From the NCBI GenBank assembly GCA_019057375.1, contig DXJF01000125.1:1-20387 (forward strand): a stretch of DNA of 20,387 nt. The letters run 5' to 3'. Under the pieces are notes generated by a model. The model was not told where the DNA came from. It did not search any database and saw only the letters and a program-made list of their open reading frames with translations. Both the position numbers and the translations under genes were made by a program. Shown in pieces: positions 1 to 8,134 of this stretch; position 1 is the stretch's first letter, and each line of letters opens with the position of its first letter. The stretch is from Candidatus Heimdallarchaeota archaeon (lineage in GTDB: Archaea; Asgardarchaeota; Heimdallarchaeia; Heimdallarchaeales; Heimdallarchaeaceae).

Positions 1-69
1 AAAGTAAATATATATGAAAAATCGGAGAGAAAAATTGGGAAAATAAATAATTGGTAAGAGTATATTATT

Positions 70-474
70 CTATTTTTTAACTAAAGACTCCAAAGTAATT
101 TCATTTAAAAATCCAAATCTACTCTGATCACTTACCCATGATTGGGCTTGGAAATCATTATCAAAAATCTTGATTTTGTCTTTAATTTCTTTATTCTTAA
201 TTTTCTTTTTCTTCTTAAATAGAAAGGCTATTTTTAGAATTATTTTTCCTTTTGTTGCTAAAATATTAGCAACTGTATTTCCTATTTCTTCAGCTTCATT
301 AGGGTCATAAGCTGTAACATCGATAAGATAAAACAATGGTTTCTTAGTATTATCAATCTGTTCCTTTAGACATCTTTTTAACTCTTTATCCATCTTATCA
401 TCATAAGATCCTTCAAACCCCATACGAACAATGACTTGGGATATATACCTCACGTGAATTGTCAACATTATCAC
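70..474 (-). CDS. STAS/SEC14 (SpoIIAA-like) domain protein
   Basis: 134 aa with an alpha/beta pattern (LFYLIDVT strand, KIAFLF strand). It ends in the IFDNDFQAQSWV motif, matching the F-x5-A-x2-W C-terminus of SpoIIAA-like proteins. The start could be the second Met (468). Confidence 0.55.
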   Translation of the reverse strand: MIMLTIHVRYISQVIVRMGFEGSYDDKMDKELKRCLKEQIDNTKKPLFYLIDVTAYDPNEAEEIGNTVANILATKGKIILKIAFLFKKKKKIKNKEIKDKIKIFDNDFQAQSWVSDQSRFGFLNEITLESLVKK

Positions 475-621
475 TTCTCAAACGTCAATATTTAGCTTTG
501 ATGAGATACTTAAAAAAGATTTGATTTAACCATAATTTTCTTTTGTTTGCCTTACTTAAAGAAATCATGTTTCCATGGTATAATTAATAAATGTTTTCTA
601 CAAATTCTTGTTGGTTGAGAA

Positions 622-1155
622 ATGAATCAAGAAAATAGCAAAGACGACAATCTGAATACAGCTCCTTCAGAAAAGTCTTCCTTCTTTGATAAAGAAAGAA
701 ATTTGCGACTTTCAAAATTTGTTATAGTCAGTATTGTAGGTTTAGGTCTAAATTATCTCATTCTCTTTCTTATGATGTTAATTCTCGAATCATCAGGATT
801 AACTGGTGTGCTTTTCACAATCTGGTTTCTAAACGTTTCAGATGTTTTAGTTTCACAAGCTGTTGGTATAGCCATTGTGATGATATACAATTATATAATC
901 AACAAAATATGGACTTTCAAGAAACAAGAGAAAGAGGTTGAATTTAACACTTTCTGGCAATTCATAAAATTCGCAATCGTAGGTGCTTCAGGAACTGTAA
1001 TCAATCTTGGACTAGTTTATATTTTCTATGACCTAATAGGTTGGAACGAATATCTTGCAGTAACAATTGGCTTTGTAGTTTCAGTTCTAACCAATTTTAT
1101 CTTCAACGATATTTGGACATTCAACCCCAAATTCGGTAAAGAGAGAGAAAAATAA
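622..1155 (+). CDS. GtrA-family membrane protein (putative lipid-linked sugar translocase)
   Basis: Two internal repeats, each starting KF(V/A)IV(S/G) and ending N-x2-WTF (NYIINKIWTF, NFIFNDIWTF), with about 4 hydrophobic segments. Confidence 0.85.
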   Translation: MNQENSKDDNLNTAPSEKSSFFDKERNLRLSKFVIVSIVGLGLNYLILFLMMLILESSGLTGVLFTIWFLNVSDVLVSQAVGIAIVMIYNYIINKIWTFKKQEKEVEFNTFWQFIKFAIVGASGTVINLGLVYIFYDLIGWNEYLAVTIGFVVSVLTNFIFNDIWTFNPKFGKEREK

Positions 1156-1158
1156 TTT

Positions 1159-1500
1159 TTAGGTCTCTTTCCCACAATTTGAACAGAAGGTTGAGTCTTT
1201 TCCTATTTTGTGCTTACAATCATCACAAAATCTAACATTGTAATCTTTTTGTTGTTGTTCATATCCTTTAGTTATTTTACTGTGATGAGAAGTTAAATCT
1301 CCGTATAAAGATGCTCTTCTAGAAGAAAGCCCTCGTCGAGATAAGAACCAAAAAAAGACAAAAAGAACAACTGCAATTCCAGATACAGTTAGGAATATGA
1401 CTAAATCTTTATAGAACCAATAGTATACCCCTACAAGTACTATTATAAGTACAAACCAGGTAAAGCCACCAATTCTATAACGTTTTCTTTCAATAGTCAT
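1159..1500 (-). CDS. Membrane-anchored zinc-ribbon protein
   Basis: Two N-terminal hydrophobic helices, a basic linker, then C-terminal CDDC-x10-CSNCG. ATG at 1500 is preferred; TTG at 1506 is the alternative. Confidence 0.7.
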   Translation of the reverse strand: MTIERKRYRIGGFTWFVLIIVLVGVYYWFYKDLVIFLTVSGIAVVLFVFFWFLSRRGLSSRRASLYGDLTSHHSKITKGYEQQQKDYNVRFCDDCKHKIGKDSTFCSNCGKET

Positions 1501-1525
1501 GTTCAAATATCTCTTTGCAAAAGCT

Positions 1526-1533
1526 GTTATAAA
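1526..1533 (-). promoter_or_regulatory. Putative TATA box (TTTATAAC) for the zinc-ribbon gene, overlapping the stop codon of the upstream 588-aa gene
   Basis: Reverse complement of gttataaa at 1526-1533, 26-33 nt upstream of ATG 1500. Confidence 0.4.
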
Positions 1534-3293
1534 TTATCTGCTCCTTCTTCATAATGATTTTTTTCCGGTGAAAGGAATTCAAACTCTAGAATCTTTAATT
1601 GCTCTAAATGGAATGGGAACGGTTCTGGAAACAATGGAAATTTCTTCCGCCAATCCTTCTTCTCTGTTATCCAGGAGTTAAAATCTAGTGGATTTATCGG
1701 TTTGTCAAACCTTAGAGGTCGCTCTACTTTTTCTCCTTTGATTATCTTGTCAACTTGCTCTCTAAATTTCTCATAGTAATATTGTTCTGAAAGATTTAAT
1801 ATTTTGAGCATTTTGGCATCTGTATACTCATCATCTGCTTTCATAAGAAATATTTCCGCACGAGGAATGTTATTCCTATACAGTTGGTATAGAGCAAGCA
1901 TTGTATAGCTGTAAATAGGTACATACCTGTTATTGAAGAGCATCAAATAAACTTCAGCAGCTCTCTCGTAGTAATTCTGAGACAATCTTAAGTAGTCACT
2001 ATTCTCTTCTTCTCCCCATCTTATCAACCAATATCTAGCTAGTAAAAGAGAGAGTTCTGGATCACCGATATCTATTCTTTGTGTTTTAATTATCTCCTCC
2101 ATAGTGCTAACATCATCTACCAGTTCGTAGACATAAGCTCCAAAGGAGATTTTGGCATAAATTCCAATCAGATTAAATGAAATTCCTATCTCTTCTCGTT
2201 TAGATCTACCTAGAAGATCTTTGACATACCCCTCTATCTCGTTGAGAATTTCTTCAACAGCGAATTTAATTGCAGACTTTGTTAATTCAGGTTTCTCATC
2301 TTTTAGATCTCCAACAAATTTAGAATTCTTATATTGAGTTTGTAGCAAGTTATTGAGTATTTGATAGAATCTAGTTTCGAGAAGCAGTGCCTTCTGCTGG
2401 ATGTAGAAACTCCTAATTGTCTCGCTGAACAGTTCATCATTCTTATACGGTTCAATTTCACTTAAAGCTCTTGTATTATCCATATAAGCTAAATTTAGAA
2501 ACTCAGCAACATTCTCATTTGTAAAACGAGCACTAAACAAGTGTAACTGAGCTTTTAACGAAAAAAGAGACGATTCAGAAATCTTAGTTTTAAGCAATTC
2601 AAAGGGCTCTTCATCTATCTCTTTTAAGTAATGATGACCCAATCTTGCTTTTTCAAGAGCTTCATCAAAAAGCTTACACCAATCTAGAAAATCTTCCTTA
2701 GGAATCACAGGAACAGTAACTAAGAAATTATAGAGAGTAAGGACAAGAATTTGAGCATAATTAGTTGCAGATTTAATGATATTTTTTTTCTCAAATTTAG
2801 TCAAATCTAATCTCAGAACTGAATCAAGTTGCATGTAATCGATTAAGAAATGCAAGTGCTGTTTTTCCTTGGCTAGTAAATATGAGATTTTATCTTTTGA
2901 TGGTGACTTCCCATACTCAAGTGTCTGCTCAATTGCACCATCTAGAGTATAGTATGGATTTAATCCTTTCAGCTTTGAAAACAAATCAATGAAAGCAGAT
3001 AAAGCCGGATAGAGCATGAATTGAGAGGTACAATGTTCTACAGCATCCCACATAACTTTGATACTGTAAACTAGAAAATCGAAATAGTCTTTCTTATACA
3101 CTCCTGATAATCTAAATAAGCGAGAAGTGTAAGTTTTGAAATGAGCAATTTTTGTTATAAAAAGATCAACATCAACGTTTTTCTGAGTAAGAGTTGAAAC
3201 TATATCATCTACTTGTCCTTGAACAAAAAGAATCTTTTCCTTAGATTGTAAGGTAAGAAACTTTCTCTGATCTTCTTCAAACTCATTACTCAT
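1527..3293 (-). CDS. Hypothetical all-alpha-helical protein; TPR-like C-terminal region
   Basis: 588-aa ORF with no TM segment or catalytic motif recognised. Amphipathic helices throughout; TPR-like spacing in SQNYYERAAEVYL and LALYQLYRNNIPRAEIFLMKA. Own TATA-like CTTTATCA at 3316-3323. Confidence 0.75.
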   Translation of the reverse strand: MSNEFEEDQRKFLTLQSKEKILFVQGQVDDIVSTLTQKNVDVDLFITKIAHFKTYTSRLFRLSGVYKKDYFDFLVYSIKVMWDAVEHCTSQFMLYPALSAFIDLFSKLKGLNPYYTLDGAIEQTLEYGKSPSKDKISYLLAKEKQHLHFLIDYMQLDSVLRLDLTKFEKKNIIKSATNYAQILVLTLYNFLVTVPVIPKEDFLDWCKLFDEALEKARLGHHYLKEIDEEPFELLKTKISESSLFSLKAQLHLFSARFTNENVAEFLNLAYMDNTRALSEIEPYKNDELFSETIRSFYIQQKALLLETRFYQILNNLLQTQYKNSKFVGDLKDEKPELTKSAIKFAVEEILNEIEGYVKDLLGRSKREEIGISFNLIGIYAKISFGAYVYELVDDVSTMEEIIKTQRIDIGDPELSLLLARYWLIRWGEEENSDYLRLSQNYYERAAEVYLMLFNNRYVPIYSYTMLALYQLYRNNIPRAEIFLMKADDEYTDAKMLKILNLSEQYYYEKFREQVDKIIKGEKVERPLRFDKPINPLDFNSWITEKKDWRKKFPLFPEPFPFHLEQLKILEFEFLSPEKNHYEEGADNL

Positions 3294-3330
3294 TAATAAT
3301 ATAATAACATAGAAATTGATAAAGACTACG

Positions 3331-3357
3331 AAATTAGCAAAAGGAAAATCGAGGGAT
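3331..3357 (-). terminator. Pyrimidine/T-rich tract after the AOR1 stop (putative intrinsic terminator)
   Basis: Minus strand reads TAA-ATCCCTCGATTTTCCTTTTGCTAATTT. Confidence 0.4.
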
Positions 3358-5175
3358 TTATTTAATCCTCAATCTCTTTAATTCTTCTTCAATTGGAACT
3401 CCTTCGGCATCTAAACCTCTTTTTTCATAAAGAGTTCTTCTTGATTTCTTGAAGTCTTCATCATTTACAAAAGCTGTTTTGCCTTTAGCTCTGCCTGATG
3501 GAAGAGGTTCTTTCATAAACCGTTTAGGAAGATCATCAAATTCAATTGGTTTTTTATCTCCAAATTCTCTCATATTAAACAAACGTTTCATAATCCAGAT
3601 TCTTCGAGCAACGTCAGTTAATTCCTCTGCAGTTACTTCTTTATCCCAAGCAGCTGATAAAATAGTAACACAATCATCAAAACCCAAGGCAGGTTTGATA
3701 CTGTGTGTGAAATGGCATATTGATAAACAATCTTTGATTGTTTTAAGGTCTTGTTGCTCAATTAAGGAATCTATAACCTTGATTGCGCTTTTTTCAGGAA
3801 TTTCCGAAGTAGAAGGCCAGCCACGCAAATGTGAAGCCCCGACTGCAGCTGTAGCATAACTCAAACCAAGACCAAGCTTTGCACGTGGATCCCAGGCTGC
3901 AAAAGGCAATTTTTTCACATGAATTGCTAAGTCTTCTATCTTCCAATGTTCAGCTGCTTGAGCAACACCATCAGCTAAGATATCGCCTATATCTTTACGA
4001 TAAGCTATTTTGTCAATAAGCTCTAGAAATTTATCAATATTACCGAACTCAACATCATCAAATTCTGATCCATCAACAAGTCCTTTTTCTATTGCTTCCA
4101 TAGTCATGGCAATTGCACTACCTGTAGATATCGTATCGAGTCCTAGCTCATTACAAAGATAATTAGCATGAATAACTGCTTCAGAATCACTAATCCCACA
4201 ATTTCCTCCTAACATAGCTAGTGTTTCATACTCTGGTTTTGCTATTTCTTTTCTATCTTCCTCAACCCAATCAAAAACAGATGCATCTAAAGTTTCACTG
4301 CATCCTATAGGACACTGATAACATGGACGTCGGAATCGCTTATATTTTTCTGCAAAAGCTTCATGTCCCAGATTGTCTATATCTTCAAATTCCCCAGATT
4401 GCCAGTTACGGGTTGGGTAGTGATCAAGATCATTAGCTACTTTGACTAACCAGCTAGTCCCATGTTTATGAAGTAGATGACCATCATCTTTTGCATTTCT
4501 CGCTCTTTGAACAATATCCTCTCTTACCAAATCTATTTTCTCACGATCTCCATTTGTAGGTTGAGTTGAGCCCTTAACTGCGACTGCTTTGAGATTTTTA
4601 GAACCAAAAACTGCTCCTAGCCCTCCTCTTCCAGCATTTCGAAAATTATCAGAAGATGAACAAGCGAAATTAACAAGATTTTCTCCAGCTGGCCCGATTG
4701 TTAAGACCCTCATTTTTGGTTCTCTTTCTAATGCTTTAATCAGAACATCAGTTTCATAGACAAATTTTCCCCATAAGTCTTTAGCATCCTTAATCTCAAC
4801 TTTTTGATCCTTTATTGAAATATAAACAGGTTTGGTGGATTTACCTTCAATAATAATCAAGTCATATCCTGTAAATCTAATCTCTGGTCCAAGAAAACCA
4901 CCAACATTACTATCTAAATACAAACCAGTTAACGGACTCTTGGTACCAATTGCATATCTTCCAGAAACTGGAATTCGTGTTCCTTGTATAGGTCCAGGAG
5001 CAATAATGATATTGTTCTCTGCGGATAGAGGATCTATTTTAGGTTCTAGCTCTTTGTATAGATAATATGTAATATACCCTGTTCCGCCCATATAATCATA
5101 AACAACAGATTTAGGTATAACTTCTGTGGAAATATTTCTAGTGGTCAAATTAATTCTCAAAAGCTTATTATTCAT
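3358..5175 (-). CDS. aor: Tungsten-containing aldehyde:ferredoxin oxidoreductase family protein (AOR1)
   Basis: 605 aa. N-terminal KSPLTG and GRGGLGAVFGSKNLKAV; [4Fe-4S] motif CYQCPIGC plus distal Cys (LSICHF); catalytic PEYE; CNELGLDTIS; ASHLRG. All are AOR-family hallmarks. Confidence 0.95.
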   Translation of the reverse strand: MNNKLLRINLTTRNISTEVIPKSVVYDYMGGTGYITYYLYKELEPKIDPLSAENNIIIAPGPIQGTRIPVSGRYAIGTKSPLTGLYLDSNVGGFLGPEIRFTGYDLIIIEGKSTKPVYISIKDQKVEIKDAKDLWGKFVYETDVLIKALEREPKMRVLTIGPAGENLVNFACSSSDNFRNAGRGGLGAVFGSKNLKAVAVKGSTQPTNGDREKIDLVREDIVQRARNAKDDGHLLHKHGTSWLVKVANDLDHYPTRNWQSGEFEDIDNLGHEAFAEKYKRFRRPCYQCPIGCSETLDASVFDWVEEDRKEIAKPEYETLAMLGGNCGISDSEAVIHANYLCNELGLDTISTGSAIAMTMEAIEKGLVDGSEFDDVEFGNIDKFLELIDKIAYRKDIGDILADGVAQAAEHWKIEDLAIHVKKLPFAAWDPRAKLGLGLSYATAAVGASHLRGWPSTSEIPEKSAIKVIDSLIEQQDLKTIKDCLSICHFTHSIKPALGFDDCVTILSAAWDKEVTAEELTDVARRIWIMKRLFNMREFGDKKPIEFDDLPKRFMKEPLPSGRAKGKTAFVNDEDFKKSRRTLYEKRGLDAEGVPIEEELKRLRIK

Positions 5176-5196
5176 GAATGTTCAGAAAAGTGTTTT

Positions 5197-5204
5197 ATTA
5201 TAAA
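5197..5204 (-). promoter_or_regulatory. TATA box (TTTATAAT) of AOR1 with an upstream purine-rich BRE-like run
   Basis: Minus strand reads CGAAAAAAAAATG-TTTATAAT, 22-29 nt upstream of ATG 5175. Confidence 0.6.
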
Positions 5205-5401
5205 CATTTTTTTTTCGACAATAGGATACAAAGAGGAGATGAATGTTTTTTAGAAGAGCAGCAAGATTAGGAAGAATTGTTTTTATTACGAAGTGAGCTA
5301 TGATTTTCACTATTTTTAGCCTTAGAACTTATACTGCTATTTACAATTAACATAAACAGAAGTAAATGAGTTGTTTGTTTCGATTTCTTCTAGGAAAGAT
5401 A

Positions 5402-5668
5402 CTATTTTGCTAAGTAACTCTCTAATTCTTCCTTAAGTCCTAATGTCTCAAATATGTCTTCTTCAACTTGATTCATACTTGCTACAATTTTGTCTATTTG
5501 TTCCTTCACTTCAGGAGCAATTGTTGTCTCTCTCAGCTCAACAACACCTAAGATGACTAAAAGGTGATTTCTTACCCTATCTATCAAATAATATATTTGA
5601 TCGACAATATGTTTTATTTGATCATATGCTGTTTTAATATCAGTTACATCAAATGTTCTTAAATAAGA
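5402..5668 (-). pseudogene. Probable 5'-truncated relic of a PAS/PAC sensor with a HisKA-like C-terminal domain
   Basis: The frame of the listed 61-aa ORF (TTG 5587) stays open 27 codons further upstream with no ATG/GTG/TTG: SYLRTFDVTDIKTAYDQIKHIVDQIYYLIDRVRNHLLVILGVVEL...LKEELESYLAK. DVTD resembles the PAC-end DITE. DRVRNHLLVILG resembles the DRIRNPL-x2-I-x-G tail of archaeal PAS proteins. Confidence 0.5.
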
Positions 5669-5820
5669 TTATAAGAATTTCAGATATCAAACGCTAGAAG
5701 TTCTGAAAGTGAATGATTCTTCGTAAACAAATTTAAGGGATTGGAAGTGATTGCTTAAAATATATTTAAATGTTAAAACTTAAAATCAAAGTAAAAACAG
5801 AATCAAGTTCAATAGTATTT

Positions 5821-5849
5821 CTCGGAAAATTGAGAGAAAAAAAGGAATA
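5821..5849 (-). terminator. T-rich tract after the AOR2 stop (putative intrinsic terminator)
   Basis: Minus strand reads TAA-TATTCCTTTTTTTCTCTCAATTTTCCGAG. Confidence 0.5.
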
Positions 5850-7667
5850 TTAGTCATCTATTTTTAGATGCTTAATTTCTTCTACCTTAGGGATACCATA
5901 TTCATCCAACCCTCTTTTTTCATAAAGCAATTGAAGAGACTTCTTGAAATCTTCTTCACTTGTAAATGCTTTACTTCCTTTAGCTCTACCTGAAGGTAAA
6001 GGTTCATTCATGAATCTATGAGGAAGTACATCATATTCTATCGGTTTATAATCGTCGAACTGATTGATATTGAAAAGACGTTTAGTTATCCATATTCTTT
6101 GAGCAATTTCCATCATTTCTTCTTTTGACACTTCTCTATCCCACATTGCAGATAGGATGTTTTGTCTGTCTTCAAAGCTGAATCCTTTTTTGATAGCATA
6201 AGAAAAAGTGCAAACTACTAAACAATCTATAAGTGACTTGTAATCTTGCTGCTCTATGAGAGAATCAACAACATCTACAGCACTCTTATCTTTTGGAACC
6301 TCTGAAGTTGCAGGCCAACCGCGTAAATGTGAAGCCCCCACAGCAGCTGTAGCATAACTCAAACCTAAGCCTAGACGGCCACGTGGATCCCAGGCAGCAA
6401 ATGGAAGTCCTTTAACATGAATAGCTAAATGTTCTATTCCCCATTTCTCTGCTGCTTGTGCTACTCCTTCAGCTAGAATGTCTCCGAATCCTTTTCTATA
6501 AGCTATCATTTCTAGAATTTCTAGAATTTTCTCTTTATTTCCAAACTTTACTCCTTCAAATTCTGGTCCTGATATCAATCCTTTTTCAACAGCTTCCATT
6601 GTCATTGCTATAGCGCTACCAGTACTTATAGTGTCAAGTCCAAGTTGATTACACAAATAATTTGCATGTATCAGTGTCTCAAGATCACTTAATCCTACAT
6701 TCCCGCCCAACATTGCCATTGTCTCATATTCTGGTCTTGCTATTTCTTTTGCATCTGTCCAAGGAAAAGCAGAGGCATCAAGTGTGCTTGAACACCCAAT
6801 TGGGCAGTTATAACAAGGTCGTCTAATAGCAGTATATTTCTCGTCTAAATCTACCCCACTTAATTTCTCATGTTCTTCGAACTCTCCTGATTGCCAATTG
6901 CGTGTTGGATATTGGCTCATCTCATTTGAGAACCCTACTGCATTACTTGTTCCATATGTGAACATTTCAGATCCTGAATCCTTAGCAGTTTTTGAACGTT
7001 TGAGTAAATCCTTCTGTATTTCATCTATCTTTTCTTGATTACCATTTGTAGGTCGAGTAGATCCTTTTACACCTACAGCTTTGAGATTCTTTGACCCAAA
7101 TACAGCTCCTAACCCTCCTCTTCCTGGATTTCTGTGACCATCAGCTGTTGGACAAGAAATCTTGACTAGATTTTCTCCTGCTGGACCTATACAGATAATT
7201 CTCATTCTAGTCTCTTCTTCGTCTTCTCTAATCTTAGCTTCTGTTTTATTAGCATATTGCCCCCAGAGATGAGCTGCATCTTTTATTTCCACTTTGTCAT
7301 CTTTAATGGAAACATAGACAGGTTTCTCTGATTTTCCTTCAATTATTATTAAATCGTATCCAGCCATTCTAACCTCAGGCCCCATGAATCCTCCGCAGTG
7401 AGAGTCTAGAAAATGATTTGTTAAAGGGCTTTTAGTACCTACAGCATATCTACCAGAAATTGGGATTTTTGTCCCTTGTGCAGGTCCTGGAGCGATAATG
7501 ATTTTGTTTTCTGGAGATAAAGGATCTATTTTCTCTTTTAGTTCTTTGAACAAGTAATAACTAATGAAACCAGTTCCACCAATATACTGTTTAATTACTT
7601 TCTCAGGTATCTCATCAATACTTATTTTTCCCTCAGTAAGATCAATTCTAAGAAGCTTATTATTCAT
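5850..7667 (-). CDS. aor: Tungsten-containing aldehyde:ferredoxin oxidoreductase family protein (AOR2), tandem paralog of AOR1
   Basis: 605 aa. KSPLT, DGHRNPGRGGLGAVFGSKNLKAV, CYNCPIGC, PEYE, CNQLGLDTIS, ASHLRG, LVVCTF. Colinear with AOR1 apart from small compensating indels. Confidence 0.95.
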   Translation of the reverse strand: MNNKLLRIDLTEGKISIDEIPEKVIKQYIGGTGFISYYLFKELKEKIDPLSPENKIIIAPGPAQGTKIPISGRYAVGTKSPLTNHFLDSHCGGFMGPEVRMAGYDLIIIEGKSEKPVYVSIKDDKVEIKDAAHLWGQYANKTEAKIREDEEETRMRIICIGPAGENLVKISCPTADGHRNPGRGGLGAVFGSKNLKAVGVKGSTRPTNGNQEKIDEIQKDLLKRSKTAKDSGSEMFTYGTSNAVGFSNEMSQYPTRNWQSGEFEEHEKLSGVDLDEKYTAIRRPCYNCPIGCSSTLDASAFPWTDAKEIARPEYETMAMLGGNVGLSDLETLIHANYLCNQLGLDTISTGSAIAMTMEAVEKGLISGPEFEGVKFGNKEKILEILEMIAYRKGFGDILAEGVAQAAEKWGIEHLAIHVKGLPFAAWDPRGRLGLGLSYATAAVGASHLRGWPATSEVPKDKSAVDVVDSLIEQQDYKSLIDCLVVCTFSYAIKKGFSFEDRQNILSAMWDREVSKEEMMEIAQRIWITKRLFNINQFDDYKPIEYDVLPHRFMNEPLPSGRAKGSKAFTSEEDFKKSLQLLYEKRGLDEYGIPKVEEIKHLKIDD

Positions 7668-7682
7668 AAACTTCTGAAGTTT
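7668..7682. promoter_or_regulatory. Perfect 15-bp palindrome AAACTTC-T-GAAGTTT immediately upstream of the AOR2 ATG (candidate operator)
   Basis: 7-bp arms around a 1-bp spacer, read directly from the sequence. It lies between the TATA-like CTTAAAAA (7689-7696, minus strand) and the start codon. Confidence 0.5.
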
Positions 7683-7725
7683 TACACGTTTTTAAGTATT
7701 ATTCCCAAAGAAGAAAAAAAAGAAG

Positions 7726-8046
7726 GGAGAATTAACACTTGAAGGAACTGCTGAAGCAGGACTCTTTGTAAGAAAGGCACTAAGTCATGCTATTCCAAGA
7801 CAAAAAATTATAGACGACTTGTTTGGAGGGTTAGCTACTCCAGCAATTACTATGATTCCAGAACTATACAGAAGGGATGATTCTAGTTTAACTCCTCATG
7901 CTTATGATTTTGAACTAGCTCAGGACTATCTTGAACAAGCAGGATATAAGGTGAAGAGAGCATCTTTCAATGGAACTAACATAGTATTAATTCTAGGATT
8001 ACTTGGTTTATCATTTATCCAATTCTTAAGACATAAAAAGAGATGA
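7726..8046 (+). pseudogene. C-terminal fragment of a family-5 (peptide/nickel) ABC substrate-binding protein with a C-terminal membrane anchor
   Basis: The frame is open from 7696 with no ATG/GTG/TTG before TTG 7819: GELTLEGTAEAGLFVRKALSHAIPRQKIIDDLFGGLATPA...YDFELAQDYLEQAGY. This matches the family-5 VRQAL-x2-AIDR...YDPEKAK-x-LL-x2-AG pattern and is followed by a hydrophobic helix and RHKKR. Far shorter than a full SBP (about 500 aa or more). Confidence 0.7.
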
Positions 8047-8083
8047 TACTTCTCTTCCTAACCTTTTTTTCATTTTCTTCTCT
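8047..8083 (+). terminator. Pyrimidine/T-rich tract after the SBP-fragment stop
   Basis: TGA-TACTTCTCTTCCTAACCTTTTTTTTCATTTTCTTCTCTT. Confidence 0.5.
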
Positions 8084-8134
8084 TAGAACATCAATACGAA
8101 AGTTAAAAAAATCTTAATTTTTTTCACAATATAG

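Noticed and set aside
622-1155. Internal duplication in the GtrA protein as a novelty
   Set aside because: A two-fold internal repeat is a normal property of the GtrA family.
1499-1681. 60-aa + strand ORF
   Set aside because: Antisense shadow of the 588-aa gene with no recognisable features.
3449-5065. + strand ORFs 3449-3859 and 4832-5065
   Set aside because: Antisense shadows inside AOR1.
5243-5350. Two tiny + strand ORFs (MFFRRAARLGRIVFITK and MIFTIFSLRTYTAIYN)
   Set aside because: 16-17 codons with no support; expected by chance in AT-rich intergenic DNA.
5751-5806. Repeated TTAAAA/TAAAA units
   Set aside because: Irregular spacing and low complexity; not a CRISPR or iteron array.
3358-7667. 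Both AORs being exactly 605 aa as a sign of very recent duplication
   Set aside because: The equal length comes from compensating small indels, and the sequences differ at many residues.
7707-7734. TAA plus pyrimidine tract on the minus strand, resembling an orphan terminator of a lost gene
   Set aside because: The minus frame ending at that TAA is only about 15 codons, and the TAA is the complement of a Leu codon in the SBP fragment. Kept only as a junction feature.
7819-8046. 75-aa ORF as an intact small gene
   Set aside because: SBP similarity continues about 30 codons upstream of the TTG with no start codon, so it is better read as a fragment.
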